Assembly: GCF_009914755.1 (NCBI RefSeq)
Contig: NC_060945.1
Direction: 5' to 3' (one strand)
DNA from: the human T2T-CHM13v2.0 reference genome, Homo sapiens
Length of the DNA: 64,000 nucleotides
The translations under genes and the position numbers were made by a program. Positions within the stretch are counted from its first letter, which is position 1. Every line of letters begins with the position of its first letter. This document shows, piece after piece, positions 16,176 through 32,297 of this stretch. A model generated the notes under the pieces. That model saw nothing but the letters and a program-made list of their open reading frames with translations. It did no database searches and was not told where the DNA came from.

Positions 16176-17334
16176 CACTCTTACAAGATTCAATTTGTTG
16201 AGTTTGTGAGATGAGATTATAGTCAAATAGGTAAATCTACCTCCTGTTAACTACTCAATAATATAATTTATTTATTCAAAAAATGTTAATTGCTGTGTTG
16301 AAGATATAGATGTTTCCAGAGAAGCAGACATTTTCTATGAAAGGGATTTAATACAAGAAAATACTATACATTAAAGATTAGTTTTTTATCTATTCAAACA
16401 TTCACTAATTAGTTTTTGCCTTGTTTCACAAGAGGTTAATGTATTTATTGTGGTTTATGATAAAGCACTCTAAAACAATACCATAAAATGAAGCAAGCCA
16501 TCATTCTAGAAAGAAGGAAGAGTTATGTAGAGAAATGAAAACACTGTATTAGTGTCTCAAGCCTCAAACTGTACCAATGCTGTGAGAAATTCAGGAACAA
16601 AAAGTAATTTAGTATGAAGTTATCAACATGATATTTCTCAGAATTGTGTGGTATGTAGCACATGTATTTTAAAGAATGTTATGATATTCTGTGATCATGC
16701 CAAGTACATGAGTGGGTCATTTTCTTTTCTCATGAGTACTTTACCTTCAATGTTGCTGAAAACAAGCTATATTCTGAAACCTAACCTACTGATCAAACTA
16801 TACATTTGCACATTAGAAAAGGGCTTGCTTCGATTACATTTTTAAAAATGTAAGCACAGTTTTGTATGCCTTTGCCTAGATATTTTTCCATTGTCTTGAG
16901 ATTTGCTGAAATAAGGGAATATGGCAGTAGGAAGAAAAGGACTTTTGATTTGAGTTCTAATTTTTTATCATCTTTAATATATACAGCTACTGTATATATT
17001 TAATAGTTTCCTCTGTAAATAGGTAGTTAAATCTGTCTCTTTACCGACTTACCATTTTGTAGTCCATAAATAATCTCAGCATTTTATACAACTGAAAACC
17101 TATTTGGTATGAGAATGAAATAAGTAATGTTAAAGCAGAATTACATAGTTTACAATAACTAATTTGTTATCATGCTTACCCAATTACCAAAACCTTGTTG
17201 CATGCTTGTCGTGTGCGTTGTCAAAAATTAAAATAAAGTCTTATTTCTCTTAAAATATGAATTTTGTGAATGTGCCTATGACTGATGGCCACACATCCTT
17301 CGTAGGACAGCTGCTCATCAATTAGACCCTTTCC

Positions 17335-17860
17335 TATCTTAGGGCCTTTACACTTTCTGAAACTTCTACTGAAAAGCCTTTCTGCAGACACTTTCAGAAC
17401 TCAGCTTCTTCATTCCTTACTCAGTTCTTTTCTGAAATGTTTTCTTCTTTGTGACCGTTCCTTTAGTCCTTCAATGTTTCTTATCCTCTTCCTTCATTTT
17501 TTTTCCTGCACAATATTTATCACCATCAGACAGATCTTGTATTAATTTATCAGTCTGCTGCCTGTCTCCCTGTCCCATAGGATGTAATCTCTGTTACCAC
17601 AGGAAATAATTTTTGTTTAATATTGTTCACAGCCAGCCTTGGTGGCTTATGCCTATAATCCCAGCAATTTGGGAAGCTGAGGTGGGAGGATTGCTTGATC
17701 CCAGGAGTTTGAGACCAGCCTGGGCAACATGGTGAGACCACCATCTCTAAAAAAAAAAAAAAAACAAATAAAAATATTGCTCATTACTGTATCCCGAGCA
17801 CCTGGAATAGCTACCAACACATAGTAGTCACTTAGTAATAATTTTGAACAAATGAATTGA
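17335..17860 (+). mobile_element. L2 3' fragment, interrupted by FLAM_C
   Basis: ctgtatcccgagcacctggaatagctaccaacacatagtagtcact...aatgaattga is the L2 terminus. Confidence 0.65.
17631..17765 (+). mobile_element. FLAM_C Alu monomer
   Basis: Single left-arm monomer with A tail; TSD aatattg(t/c)tca. Confidence 0.9.
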
Positions 17861-18814
17861 TCATTTTTTAGGAAATGATAATTCAGCATTAAAATTAATG
17901 AAATATTTAACAAATATATTTTAACTGGTATTGATATAAACCTTCCCATGTTGATTCATGTAGAGTATTATTTAGTAACTTTATAATAGTGTTAAATTCC
18001 ACAAGAGCAGTTGGAAATATATATTAGTTTCCTCATTGGCGCATCTCACACAGTGTAAGAGGCAAACATCTCTACCATGAATTCTCTGCACAGTAGAAAA
18101 ATGTTTTAATAAATGGTTAAGGTTGAGTGTGGTTACTATTTTCACATTAAATCCAGAATATGTGTTTTCAGATGAAATGAATTCCTCCAGTTTTACTCTG
18201 GTCTTAAGTTGCAGAGGCAGTAGCTTCAACTTTGATATTCATCTCTATTATCCCAGCTATTAATGTGATTCATGGTACTGAATAACATCTATAAATTTTG
18301 TCATGTGTCTGTTTTATCATTTTCATCAGTGTTTTGCTCTAGTTGAATTGGCTTTGATAAAATTTATATTAGCTATCTTCACTAACCCAATTTTATTTTA
18401 GCTCTTCAATTTAGAATGTTACTTCTCATGCAATTGCTATCATACCCCAGTGCACTGGAAAGGCAATATCTTTCTAAAATATACTGTGGTTATTATTTTA
18501 ACAGAGATCAGCACTTGGCAACTTGACACGTTGGGCAGCATTGTTCCTACTAAGATATACGTAGGCCTCATCCAAATCGTTTTAGTCACTTACTCAAAGT
18601 GTTCTATGGAACATTTGCTCTTCTGTGAGACAAAATAAATAGTCCAGCAAAAGTAAGATAATTTGATAATTTTTAAAACCAAATTTTGAACGTGTACTTT
18701 TATAATGTTTGTATTAAGTAATGCAATACAGATGATAAATCCTTCCACCAGCAGTGACTGTGCATACATTCTGTGATAGACTTGTTGCTAAAATATGGTA
18801 TGGGAATAAGTAGC

Positions 18815-19060
18815 CGTTTTTGAGAAGTTACTAAATCTTAGGCATGGTGCTAAGAATGTTATATAAATTACTTTTTGCAGTCTGTACTACAACCATATGA
18901 GACAGGCGTTTGTTTATTATTTCCATTTTACAGGAGAGGAAATTCAGGGACAACAAGGTTAAAAAATTTGCCTGGGTCACATAACTGATACATTATGAGG
19001 CCAGAATTAAAATGCTTGTGGTTTGACTTCAGAAGCAACTCTCTTAATCCTAATGCTGTG
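18815..19060 (-). mobile_element. MIR
   Basis: ccattttacaggagaggaaattcagggacaacaaggttaaaaaatttgcctgggtcacata is the reverse MIR core. Confidence 0.8.
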
Positions 19061-20149
19061 ATGGCTCCCACATAACTGAATAACAGAGCCACCGTGGATA
19101 GTGTCTATGAGAGAGAGAAACAAGCAGATCTGTCTTTACTGTGAAGTGAATTTTGTGGCAGTAGTAAGTAAGAGATGCCATGGGGACATATTAGTGGGGG
19201 CAGCTAAATCAGCTTTGGGAGGTAAGGACATGAGGAAATGGTAAGGGGAGAGACCTTGTTAATCTTTTCACTGTCGTATTCCCCCACCTGGCCATGGCAG
19301 TACTTGGCAAGAGAATGTGCTAAACAGGTACTGTTAAACTGGTAAATTAATCAGGTGTGACATCTAAGCAAAATCTTAAAATTTCAATGTATGAAATCCC
19401 AAGAGATCTCTTTGAGAAATTCGTATGATTATAATGTAGATGAGTCTCAGACTACTTGTTCTATGCATTGTTATATTCTTACTGTGTAGTATCTAAAACA
19501 CCACCTCAGTGTTACTGACCAAGAAGACTAAGTGTCACTCCAATTTATTATAGTAAGGCTACATTGGAAAAATAACGAAAAAAAAATTAAAAGAAAAACC
19601 GACCAACTTCATGATCCCACATTTTCATTTTAAAGATCTAGCAGTTGATACATGTAAAGAGATGGGATTGAATGCTGACCACTACATTTTAATCAGTTTA
19701 TGATCCTAATAAGAATTTACCAGAATGTTTATTATCTTAGGTATTAAAATGGCAAAGGAGAAAAACATTCGTTTTCTAATACTTATATAGTAATACAAGT
19801 ATTACTTGGGGAATGTGTTTGGGCTTTGGAGGAATTTTACTATTATTGTACAATTTTTGTTTGAATTATATACGATGGTTTGAAAAGAGGTAATTTAGCT
19901 ATTCTGATAAAATTTAGGTTAGGGAATTTGTGGAGGAAGGAATACAACCAGGGAATTAGTTTCTATAAGGACATGGGAAATGCTAGTGACTTCACCTGCC
20001 AAGGGAGTGCTTTAAAGTTGGGATTTATAAAATAAAAAAAAAAAGAAAAGAAAAAAGTAATCTTTTTATGATATCTTCAAAGAGTGTTGAACATTCTCTG
20101 TTTTAACTGTGGAGTACATTTTGGTACTTTAAAGGCTGGTAGCATCATA

Positions 20150-20327
20150 CAATGGTTCTCAGAATGGGCAGCTTCTTACAGTCACCTTGGGGATCCTTTA
20201 AAATCTGATGCCTGGGCTCCCCTTATAGATTAGGATTTAATTGGTACAGGATGCAGACCTGGGCATGAATACATATTGTTAAGCTCTCCAGGTGATTCCA
20301 GTGCACAACCATTGTTAATAATAACTA
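20150..20327. mobile_element. MER5A-type hAT-Charlie MITE
   Basis: Terminus caatggttctca; internal aagctctccaggtgattcc and gatttaattggt. Confidence 0.7.
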
Positions 20328-21384
20328 ATCCAGACCTCTATAGCAAATTAAAATCAGGATGGTTATTTATTGGAAAGAGTTAATATTCAAATAACAGTGT
20401 CTCTATGTCACATCCCAGTTTCTTGCCAATTTTCCCTTCTAGTAAATACCTAGAGTATTAATATTGAAAGAAATTGTTCCTTGTTCTCAGTGAACCTCTA
20501 ATGAAATGAATCAGCATTGAAAACCCTAGGCTATTTCTAGGAAGAGAAAATGAATTTTATTATTTTGAAAGTTGTTCACCAAATACTGTCATTTTAGCAC
20601 TTCTGCAGCCTATTTTTAAAAATAAGTTTATGACTTGGAGTGGGAGGGATGGCTGTACACCACACTTACAGATGCATTTGTCTGAGGTGATAGGGGAGTC
20701 AGCACTAATTTAGTCAGTGTGGACAAGTGACATCGTATTTTCAGTAGGATGAGAGTAATGTGCATATGCAAAATAATGATACATTTCCCAGACATTTGAT
20801 AGTACCTCAAAGCAAGTTAAAATGACAATTTAATCTTCTGCAGTTATGAAATAAAATCTAACATTTAACACACTCTTACAAAAACCGATATTCACTATAG
20901 GTGGGTTTTATTTTTATTTTTCAGATTTTTGGCTGAAATTAATAAGAATGCCTGTCTAAAAATCACGTTCATCCATATGTTGTAGATGTCATTTTTGTTC
21001 TATACTTCATTACTTTTGAGAGTAGTTGGAGATTAGCAAAGACTCATGTTGAAAGGTCTTCAAACTTAAGGCACGTGGTTATGAGCCATTTTCTTCAGGT
21101 ACTCAATTTCATCTTTAGCTAACTTTCTTGTAATGACTCCTGTCTAGCATGACTTTTGAAATTGCAATCTTCCTTCTAGAATTATTTCTACTTTACTTGT
21201 AAAAAATTGCCTTTTCCTTTATATTTTCTAGCTTTTATGGAAAAATAATTATCAACATTTATTATTTGCTTTTCACTTTCAAAGTCAGCCATACGATCAC
21301 TTTGAGAAATGGTTTAGTCACATCTCCCAAAGCTTGTGTTGTAGTATCACCCAGCTGTTCTACTCTTCCATATACTTGCAGCAG

Positions 21385-21810
21385 AAATAAAGTATATTCA
21401 TAGCAGCACTATTAAAAATAGCCCCAAATTGGAAACTATGTGACTGCCAATCAGTATTAAAGTGGTGAGTGTATTGTATCATGTTCACACATAAATTTAC
21501 TGTGCAGTAATGAGAAATAACATCTAAAGGAATATGCATAAAAGTGGGTAATTTTCAATATATCATATTGAAGAAAAGGAATAAGAAGAAAGTGTAATAT
21601 ATAGTTCCATTAATATACAATAAAAATGCAGCCCGAACTAACATTTTAGAAGACAGGATCGTGATAGCCAGGTCAAAGTGAGGAAGCAGATTGCAGTGGT
21701 AATAACATAAGAGATGCTTCTGGAGCACTGATGCGGTTCTCTTTCTTGACATAGATTCTAGTTATTTTCAGTCTGTGACAGTTCATAGAGAAGTAACTTT
21801 ATAATGCATG
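21385..21810 (+). mobile_element. L1ME 3' fragment
   Basis: ttcatagcagcactatt...atagccccaaattggaaac and gcttctggagcactgatgcggttctctttcttgac. Confidence 0.75.
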
Positions 21811-22435
21811 AGGGGTTTTTTTTGTTGTTAGAGGAGCATTATGACATAGACAAAACAAATTATCGCTAGTCCCATTATAAAGAGAAGTGAATTATGTTAA
21901 AGCTATCAAAAATTAGTTTTCAAAGGTCACAAGGGTAATAGTTTTTTGTGTAATAGCTCAAATTTATGTCTTCTTTTTTCATCTCTTTTCTAAGGAACTT
22001 AAAATTTGTGCTTTGATTTGGCCAGAAAATTATAAAATGTGATGGCTATTAAATAAATGTTTCAAGTTTACATTTGAAATTAGTTCAAGTCAACAAAATA
22101 AAAGAAAATCTAAGATATTATGGATTCTATGGCATCTAATTAAATTCATAATTTTGGGAATAATTTTATTTTTATAAAATTTTGAAAAATGGATAAGACC
22201 ATGCTAGCTAACACTGCTAATGGATAAGAAACAGTTTAGTTATTGGCAATAATTAATTTAATCCTGTTTCCTGTCTATACAAAACAGTAATACCTGTGAA
22301 CCTCAAGAAATTAAATCATGTAAGTGTTTAAAATAATTTATATTTAGTAAAAGGTTAAAATATGAAAAGAATTATTTGGACATAAACATGATTTATCTGA
22401 GTAGATCCTATGCTTGTAATTTTCTACAATTTTTA

Positions 22436-23029
<594 letters not shown>

Positions 23030-25163
23030 TTAATTTTACTAGACAACATCATTTTAAAATTATACTTATTAGTTCACATAGTCATGCTGCACCACATACT
23101 TTTTAACGTTTCTTTCCCTGGTGAGTTTTAGCCTCCAACCTCCATATTGTACTTCTCCATCAACAACAACAACAACAACAAAAAAAAAGGGAAATTCTAT
23201 GTCATTCAGTTACATTTATCAGACTTCATCCTATTCCCAATAATGTGTAGGCTCTGGGTCATGGAGGGCTTTCAAAGGAGAAAGCATCTTTTACTTTCTG
23301 TTTTTCAATGAAGTCATTTTAAAGGAACAGTTAAATAAATGATTTGGAAATAAATAGAACTATGACATGACATAAACCATGTAAATAGAAGATCATCACA
23401 AAATGGTGCTAGTTATTAAAACTTTATTTCTTCCTGAGGATTACACCATCCCAGTTTGTATAATTGTTATGCCTTGGGTATTCATTAAACCTGACTCACT
23501 ACTGAGTGAGCACATTAGTGAGATAACACACCGAACTGTCTTGAGACTAGAAATCTATAGGGGAAATTATGTCGTCAGGGTCAGCTAAATAGTGTGTCTG
23601 AACTTCTAGACTTCAAACTTTATTATAAAAATGTACTTCTAGACAATTTCATCACAAGCTAAATGAGTATGATACATGTGATTCTCACTGTGTTAACACA
23701 AATAAGTACTTGTGCAAAAATGGAGGATATTCATTTATTTGACTACGTCTGAGTGTTTTACAGGGTCAAAATGAAGTGTTTATAATTTTACCCAGCCTGG
23801 TTACATGTAATTTAAGTAGCCTTGCCCTTTTATTGTTCTGTAATATTCATATTATATATTTGAAGTAGGACAAGCAGATTTCCTATAAGGAAGTACAAGT
23901 AAGGGACTGGGAAAGTGAGCATGAAGCAGATAATTCAAACAATAGCAATATTTAAAGCAAATAACTATTTAGATATAGGTTAAGATCTGCTAACAGCTGC
24001 AATAGATAATAAATACTTACAAATTTTTGCCAATTTTCAGTAGTATATGGAAGTGAGAACAAATTTGGAGGTATTGTTTTTCATGTTTGATGATGGTGTT
24101 ATGGTATAATTACATATCCGTGAAAGTTATTTAATAAATATACTTTGAAACAAAAAGTAATATTTATTATAAAAGACTAAAATTTTTCTATAACTAGCTA
24201 TGGGTTAAAATAGCACCAATATTCTCTTATCATTGTGTTATTCTCTAAAGGAAGCTCTTATTAAACATAATGCAGGATATAATTCTACTGATGTCCCCTT
24301 AATAGTAAACAAGACTCTGGACTAAAAGAAGTGCTTGATAAATAATTTCATAGGGGCCCTTGGATTTTTAAATCATGAAGCAGATACTCAAATGTGTGTA
24401 AATTGTAGATGACAAAATTACGTAATGCCAGTGAATTGCAGGGAAGGATAGAGCTAATTACATCATATGCATCTTGTGGATCACAGGATACATAAGATAT
24501 GTGACTGGTTCCGTCCATTTAAGAAACAAAGGCATATAAAGAGCTAGATATATTTAATGTGCCTTGAGTGGTAATTAAAAAATAAATTTTAAAACCCTTC
24601 AGAGCACAGAACCTTTTCTTCAAGTTCAATTTGATGTAAGGCCCCATTATATACAAAGTATAAAAGTAAGGCAGATTAAATGGGGCAGGTGTCTTGGAAA
24701 CCAGCCCAGAAACTTATGAGAACCCTCCAGGGATTCCAAGCATTCAACAGAACACATGTGCATTTTAAATTATACAGTGTTAGAACCAAGAAAGCTTTAG
24801 CATTTATCTAGACTCACTTCTGTATTGTACAAATGAGTAGTAAAGTTCATCAGGTTTGGGGGTTTGCCTTTAATCCCATAGAAAATAATAAGAAACTATG
24901 TATTTTGAAGCCAAATCAATGGTATTAAACCATTCTATTTTTAATGTTTTGTTCAGTTGGTCTCTATTTTAATAGCAAATACGTTGAAAGTGAAGTTTTT
25001 AATATATAATAAAATAAAAATAAAACTGGGTCATTTCTTAAAGGGTGCCTTTGAAGTTAATAATGGCTGAAAATATAAACTCATTTGCTTCTAGATAAGA
25101 TTTAAAAATTGTGCAAATGAGGATGTCAAGGATTAATAAGTGAATGTTAAAATTTCCAAACTT

Positions 25164-25305
25164 GGCCAGATGTGTTGGCTCCTGCCTGTAATCCTAGCAC
25201 TTTGGGAGGCCAAGGCAGGAGGATCCCTTGAACTCAGGAGTCTGAGATGAGCCAGGGTAACACAGCAAGACCTCGTCTCTATTTAAAAAATAAATAAAAA
25301 AAATA
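25164..25305 (+). mobile_element. FLAM_C Alu monomer
   Basis: Monomer with A-rich tail; degenerate TSD ttcca(a/g)actt. Confidence 0.88.
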
Positions 25306-26372
25306 AATTCCAGACTTGATTTTAGCAAGTTTTAGAAAGTACCATAATTGAAAGTTAAGCAAGATTGACATTTTCAAAAGTGATCTGAAACCTGATTATT
25401 TTTATATTGCTCTTAAATCCTCACCCACTAGAAATCATAAAGTGATGAATTTGTTGGATATGTTTATAGAAGGGTCTTTCTGAAATTAATTTCTTTGGGG
25501 AAAATTGCCAGTAATTTACTCCATTCTGATGCAAAGGCAAGGATGTGAGTTTATGCTCTAGTCTTTTCTGGTCAGCCTTTAACTAGTCTACATAGAAATC
25601 CCAGTATGTGTCTCTTAATGTCAGAGCAATGCCGTCAAGTGGTGTCTGCCTAGTTACTCAGAAACTTGCCATGATAGATGGGCAAGGTGGTTCTATTTGT
25701 ATTTGTAATGGAACAAAGGAGAGCAGCTGCTAAGTTGCGATCATTCTTAATTTCTGCATTATATCCAAGAGAAGAATGCATATGTGTTTACATTGACCAA
25801 ATTTGGACTATGCAGAAGAGATGCATTCACTGGGGAAGAAGGGACTTGATTTAGACTCTATGCAATTGGGCAATGAAAACTGACCAGGCAGAAGTGGGGG
25901 AGAAACCACTGGATCCCTGGCTGTTAAAAAGTGAATAAGCAATATCTGTAAGTGTTAGTGCAAGTAAGGAAACATTTCCAAAAACCTACAGAATGTGTGC
26001 TCTGAACAAATGAGTTAGTTTTAAGCATCTCCCAGTTCCAAGAATCAAGAGCTATCTTTGGGCATTACCAATCAAGTAAGATCTTAGTTGCTTTGCCTCT
26101 CTTATCTACCCACCCATCTTCAATGCCCAACTTTTTATCCAGGGGCAAGAGAAGAAATTTCATCACTAAGTAAGTTCAGTGTGGCAATAGGATAAAAATA
26201 AATTTGCTCTTCTGGTTCGACTCTGAGTCTTCTTCTTCAGTGTTCTGGTTATTTATTACCGCTGGTGCTAACAATACACTTGGAAGGAGATTAAGTATGC
26301 ACTATTAGTTTGGTTTAGGAATCTTCCCAGTTCTCTTCCACTGACATAATTCAGTTCATGTATATATTTGAG

Positions 26373-26640
26373 ACAGCCTAGTGCAGAAAGTGAGAAGAGA
26401 CTCTAGAACAAGCCTGCCTGGGATCAAGTTTTAGCTCTACTGTTTACTCACAGGATGACTTTGGACAACTTTTATTTATCTTCTTGGTGCCTTAATTTTC
26501 TTACCTGTAAAATGAGTCTAAGAATAGCATGTACCTTATAGGCTCTTTTGAGGAATAAATGAGTTGCAGAATTCCTACCATATGTAAAGTAGCGTATGTA
26601 AAGCATATGTAAAGTTCCACAAAATTATTGTTGCTAATAT
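26373..26640 (+). mobile_element. MIR
   Basis: gcctgcctgggatcaag...gtgccttaattttcttacctgtaaaatgag...gaggaataaatgag. Confidence 0.8.
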
Positions 26641-27429
26641 TGTTATAAATTACAGTTAGTTGGATATCTTGTTACTGACAATGTTAGATCAAAGGCCGTG
26701 TATATTTACATACAGTATTTATTAGATACTGTCAAACTACCATCTAAAAGCTTTTTACAAATAATTCTCTCTCTAGATATAGTATAAAAAGCTAATTATA
26801 AATTGAGGCCATGTGAGGGAAACTGTCAGGAGGTCCCTTTAGCAATGAATGATAGTTTATAGAGAGTCAACCACTTTGAAAGTTATTTGGGAGAAATATA
26901 CAGAACAGGTGGACTGCATGACCTGTTTGCCCTGTGAAAATAGGTATTTGAAATGACCTGATTCTCAACCTGAGAATTTTCAAAGTGACAAATTACACTC
27001 ATTTGGCTTGTAATGATGTTCTGATTATAGGCTATAAGACCAATGATGGATTTCCCTGACTTCTTTTCTTAATGTTCTCAAATCCTGTTGTGACCTTTCC
27101 ATATTCAAGCATGTAGCAATGATTTCAGAAACAATTAAAATTTTTATAATTATATAGTTAAATATGTATTTCTTTTCTTAGCACAAACTTACATGCTTTA
27201 CTTTAAATCAGTTATTCTATATGCAACTTAATTTTAATGTTATGCCTTTAGTTTACATACATACAAAACTGTGTGATATTTAAAGCAGTTGTAAGAGTTA
27301 TCAGATTTCTCTTGTCTTTGGTAGGATTTGTGAAGCTCTGCAAATCAGAGATAATTTAGATAGAGCTCTATGAAACATATTGGCACTATTTGTTTTGGCT
27401 TGTTTTCGTTAATTTTAATTATCATCATT

Positions 27430-28340
<911 letters not shown>

Positions 28341-29184
28341 TGAGGAATAAAGGGAGAATTTTGGAAAGGACAGCGTAACAAACAAACAAATGAAAAATCC
28401 ACAAAGGGCTGAGGTTGATGGTGAAGGTAAAAAAAACAAAACAAACAAAACAACCGTGAGTGAATAGAGTGAATAAGACATGGTTCTAGCATGGGAAGAG
28501 GTCACAATGCACCTGCAAGTTGAGGTCAGCCATTCAGACCTAATAATTATTACACACAAGAAGAGTCTTGAAAGAAAGAGGTTTCCTGGACCAGAACACC
28601 AGGTTCAAGATATTATCTGTACATCCTAGTGTCGTGAGGCAAGGGGAGTAGAGTGATAGACTAGACACAGGCACACAACTTTATGAAAGATACAAGAATA
28701 CTTTACACACTTACCAATCATGGGCTATATCCTTTTCTTCTTCAGATTAACTTTTCTATTTAAAATACTTAGTTTTGAATTAAATAGATACTGGCTGTAA
28801 ACAAAAGCTCTGTTTATGGATTATTCAAGGTAACTATCCCCATCTCTCTGTTTATCCCAGTCCATTGTAACAGTAAAGCTCTCTGTGTCTATCATGTCTA
28901 GCCAGTCTGCATCCATAATAAGCACTCAGATTACAGTTAAATGAATGAAAGGATTATAGGTATGCAATATTGGTATTTTATTAGATTATTATCTTTTTTA
29001 ATATATAATAAATGAAATTTCCTGTAAATTCTTCCTGTTATAGCCATGCTGAGGGGAAGAAAAGACAAAGCTACTTAGTCATGATTGACAGAAATGGGAA
29101 GTTAAGTACAGCCTGTTCTGGGAATAATTGTGGTCATAACAGGGAAAACAAAAGTGAAAAACCTCATAAAACAGTTGACAATAA

Positions 29185-29513
<329 letters not shown>

Positions 29514-30399
29514 TCAGTTATTTTCATTTTTATGACAGTTACAGTTCTATTGAGAAATTCCCAACATATTGTTATTCTTGCATTATTATTTCAAATTTTG
29601 AGGAGAATATAACTGTTACAATTAAATATGGGTATTGAATTTAAAATGTTTTTATTAATCTTGATGATACTTTTTTACTGAATTTTATGTGCCTTGTATT
29701 AAAGTGTTTTAATTTCATATGAAAATACCAAAAATATTACACAATTTTCCAAAAACAAAGCAATGAGAAAGAATGAAAATATGATGACACGTACAACCTA
29801 CATTTAATCTTATCGTTAGAAATACGTTCTTAATGTATAGTTCCATATATACATGGAATACAATGTACAGTTCCATAATAGGACAAATTCTAAGCTTCAG
29901 CAACAGCTCCAATTTCTCTATTATTAAAACTGTAATTGCAATTAGTATATGTTTTTTTCATTTAAGTATATTTTAATTTGCCATGTGGTTATTCATTTCT
30001 CTGATTCTTTATCAGAAAATCATTTCAGGCTAGAGGGACTTGGAAACATAAGGATATGAATGAAACCACATTTATAAAGAGAGTTGCTGAGTTATTATTA
30101 TATCTTAGGACTTGACCTAAACTTTTTACATCTATTAACTCATATACTTTTATTTTATAAAGATGTGAAAACCTAGATAAATGGACACAAAATTTAACTA
30201 GTTCAAGGTAGTTTACACTAGTAAGGGGCAAACACATTATTATCCTTATCACTCTGTTGTACACTCAGTGTTTCCATGAGTCCAGTAGCACTAATAAATC
30301 TTACTGGTAGCTGTGGTATTAAATATGTACAAAATTGGCAGCTATGGTATTAAATATGTACAAAATTAAATTGAGAGACACAAACTTGACAGATTTCAA

Positions 30400-30742
30400 T
30401 ATTTTATTTTGTATTTTTAAATTTTAAATAATTGACAAATATAGGCTGAATAAAATATCCATTTTTTCAAGGTATACAATGGGGGTGATTTGATATATGT
30501 ATACATTGTCTAATAATTACTGCAATCAAATTACCTAACATCCATCACCACTCATGTTGTACATAAGAATTCCTGAACTTCTTCATCTTTTGCCTAGAAG
30601 TTTGTACCCTTTGACCAACATTTCCCCATTTCCATCACCCTGAGCTTCTGGCAACCATCACTTCAGTCTCTGCTTCTAAGAATTCAAATTTTTTATGATC
30701 TGTATATAAATTAGAATATGCAGTGTTTATATTTCTGTGTGT
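30400..30742 (-). mobile_element. L1MA9-like 3' end
   Basis: aagtttgtaccctttgaccaacatttcccc...ctggcaaccatcac...ctctgcttct. Confidence 0.85.
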
Positions 30743-31839
30743 CCAGTTTTCTCTGTGAAATGAATGATAATGAAAGGAGTAGAGAAGATGTTATGACTTT
30801 AAGATTAGGGAATGAGTGTTACAGCAACCACTGAGGAAATATAGGAATGGAGAACAGAAACAAACATCATTCATTTGTTCGTATTGCTATATTTTGGTAG
30901 GAAACACATAGAACCTCAAAGAAATAAACATGCATAAGTTTGTAAAATTGCTAAGATGTAGGAAATATAACCCTCAACTTAGTAACGTAAACTATGGAAT
31001 AAAGGGGAAAAATCTGAATTTTAAAAGTATGCCATGTTTACAACTTTCAGTAAAATTATTCTACAGATAAAGCTTTGAGTATGTATCTCATCCATAAAGA
31101 CCTAAACAGAAGTACATGCATAAGAAAATGAAATATTCAGTTAAAAACAGAGTTCAAAGGAAGAGCAGAATAATTAATGAATGTGCATTCTTCTTTTCAG
31201 CATCACTATGTTTTTGCTTCTATTATGACATGAGATTCTGTCTGTAGGAAATCATCCCAAGGGCATAAAACTCTCAAAATTGACATTAATATAACAGCAT
31301 TAGCAAGAACTAGGTTTTTATATGATAAGTAAAAAGCAAAATCTAGAATCTGAAAGACATTTTCTGTTTTGTAGAAAAGGATAAGAAAATGATATGACTA
31401 AAAATTATTCTGATGTGTGTTTGATCAACTGACTCTTGAACATGTATTTTGACAGCATGTGCGATACTCCAGACATGATTGCTGTAGCTGTAATGCACAC
31501 TCCAAAGTGTAAAAATGAAATGTTAGTCAGACTCTAGTAATAGTTTCTCAGTTTTATACATTCAAAAGTGCCAAACCTAGGAATTAAGTCACTGAATGAA
31601 GAAATAAAACTGTGTGATCTACATTGATCATATGTACTTATAATGAGGATGGAGAGGTAGTTTAAAATTGTGACAGAGGTGATTAATATCTGAGTTTAAA
31701 TAATTAAAATAATCTGACTTCTCAAAATATATTTTACATTCTCAGTCAACTTAAGCTGGATCAGTGTATGAAGTTTTTGTAATCCTACATGATTTAAATT
31801 CTAACCAAAAACTCTTTGGTGTGATTAAGGTCCTATGGC

Positions 31840-32253
31840 GTGGTGGACACTGAGAAAGCCCACTCAGTTCCCACTTTAAGAAAGAATTTGCTGCTCCTCC
31901 TTCTGGGAGTTTTGTCAGACTTAGCTGTCAGCACCCCTAAGGACTGCCTCAACCGCAGAGAGCTACCTCACCAGGAATCATGCCCTTCCTGGGTCAACCC
32001 ACATCCAATGACTGATTGAGGCTGGGCAAAAAGGACTGACCATTTCTTCCCAACACAAGATAACTCTGGTGAGCCATTTCGGTTCCACAGCTTCCTATGA
32101 GGATTGCTGAACCTGTTGGGCCTTCATTTTACATCACAGTTGAATTTTTCTTTCTTCTCAATCCTTGCTTCCTGCCCTCCTTTCCACAGGGGTTGATTCT
32201 TGAGCACTAGATGTTTCTTGGACTCTACTTCACAAAGAATCCAAATTGTGACA
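31840..32253 (+). mobile_element. LTR16C-like ERVL solo LTR
   Basis: ggactgcctcaaccgcagagagctacctcacc...cccttcctgggtcaacccacatccaatgactgat; ends gtgaca. Confidence 0.8.
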
Positions 32254-32297
32254 TAAGATGTATGGATCTCATCCACAAATGTATAGTCTAGGCCCTA

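Noticed and set aside
25540-25800. SOX, FOX and E-box motifs in unique DNA
   Set aside because: Single short motifs at the frequency expected in AT-rich sequence.
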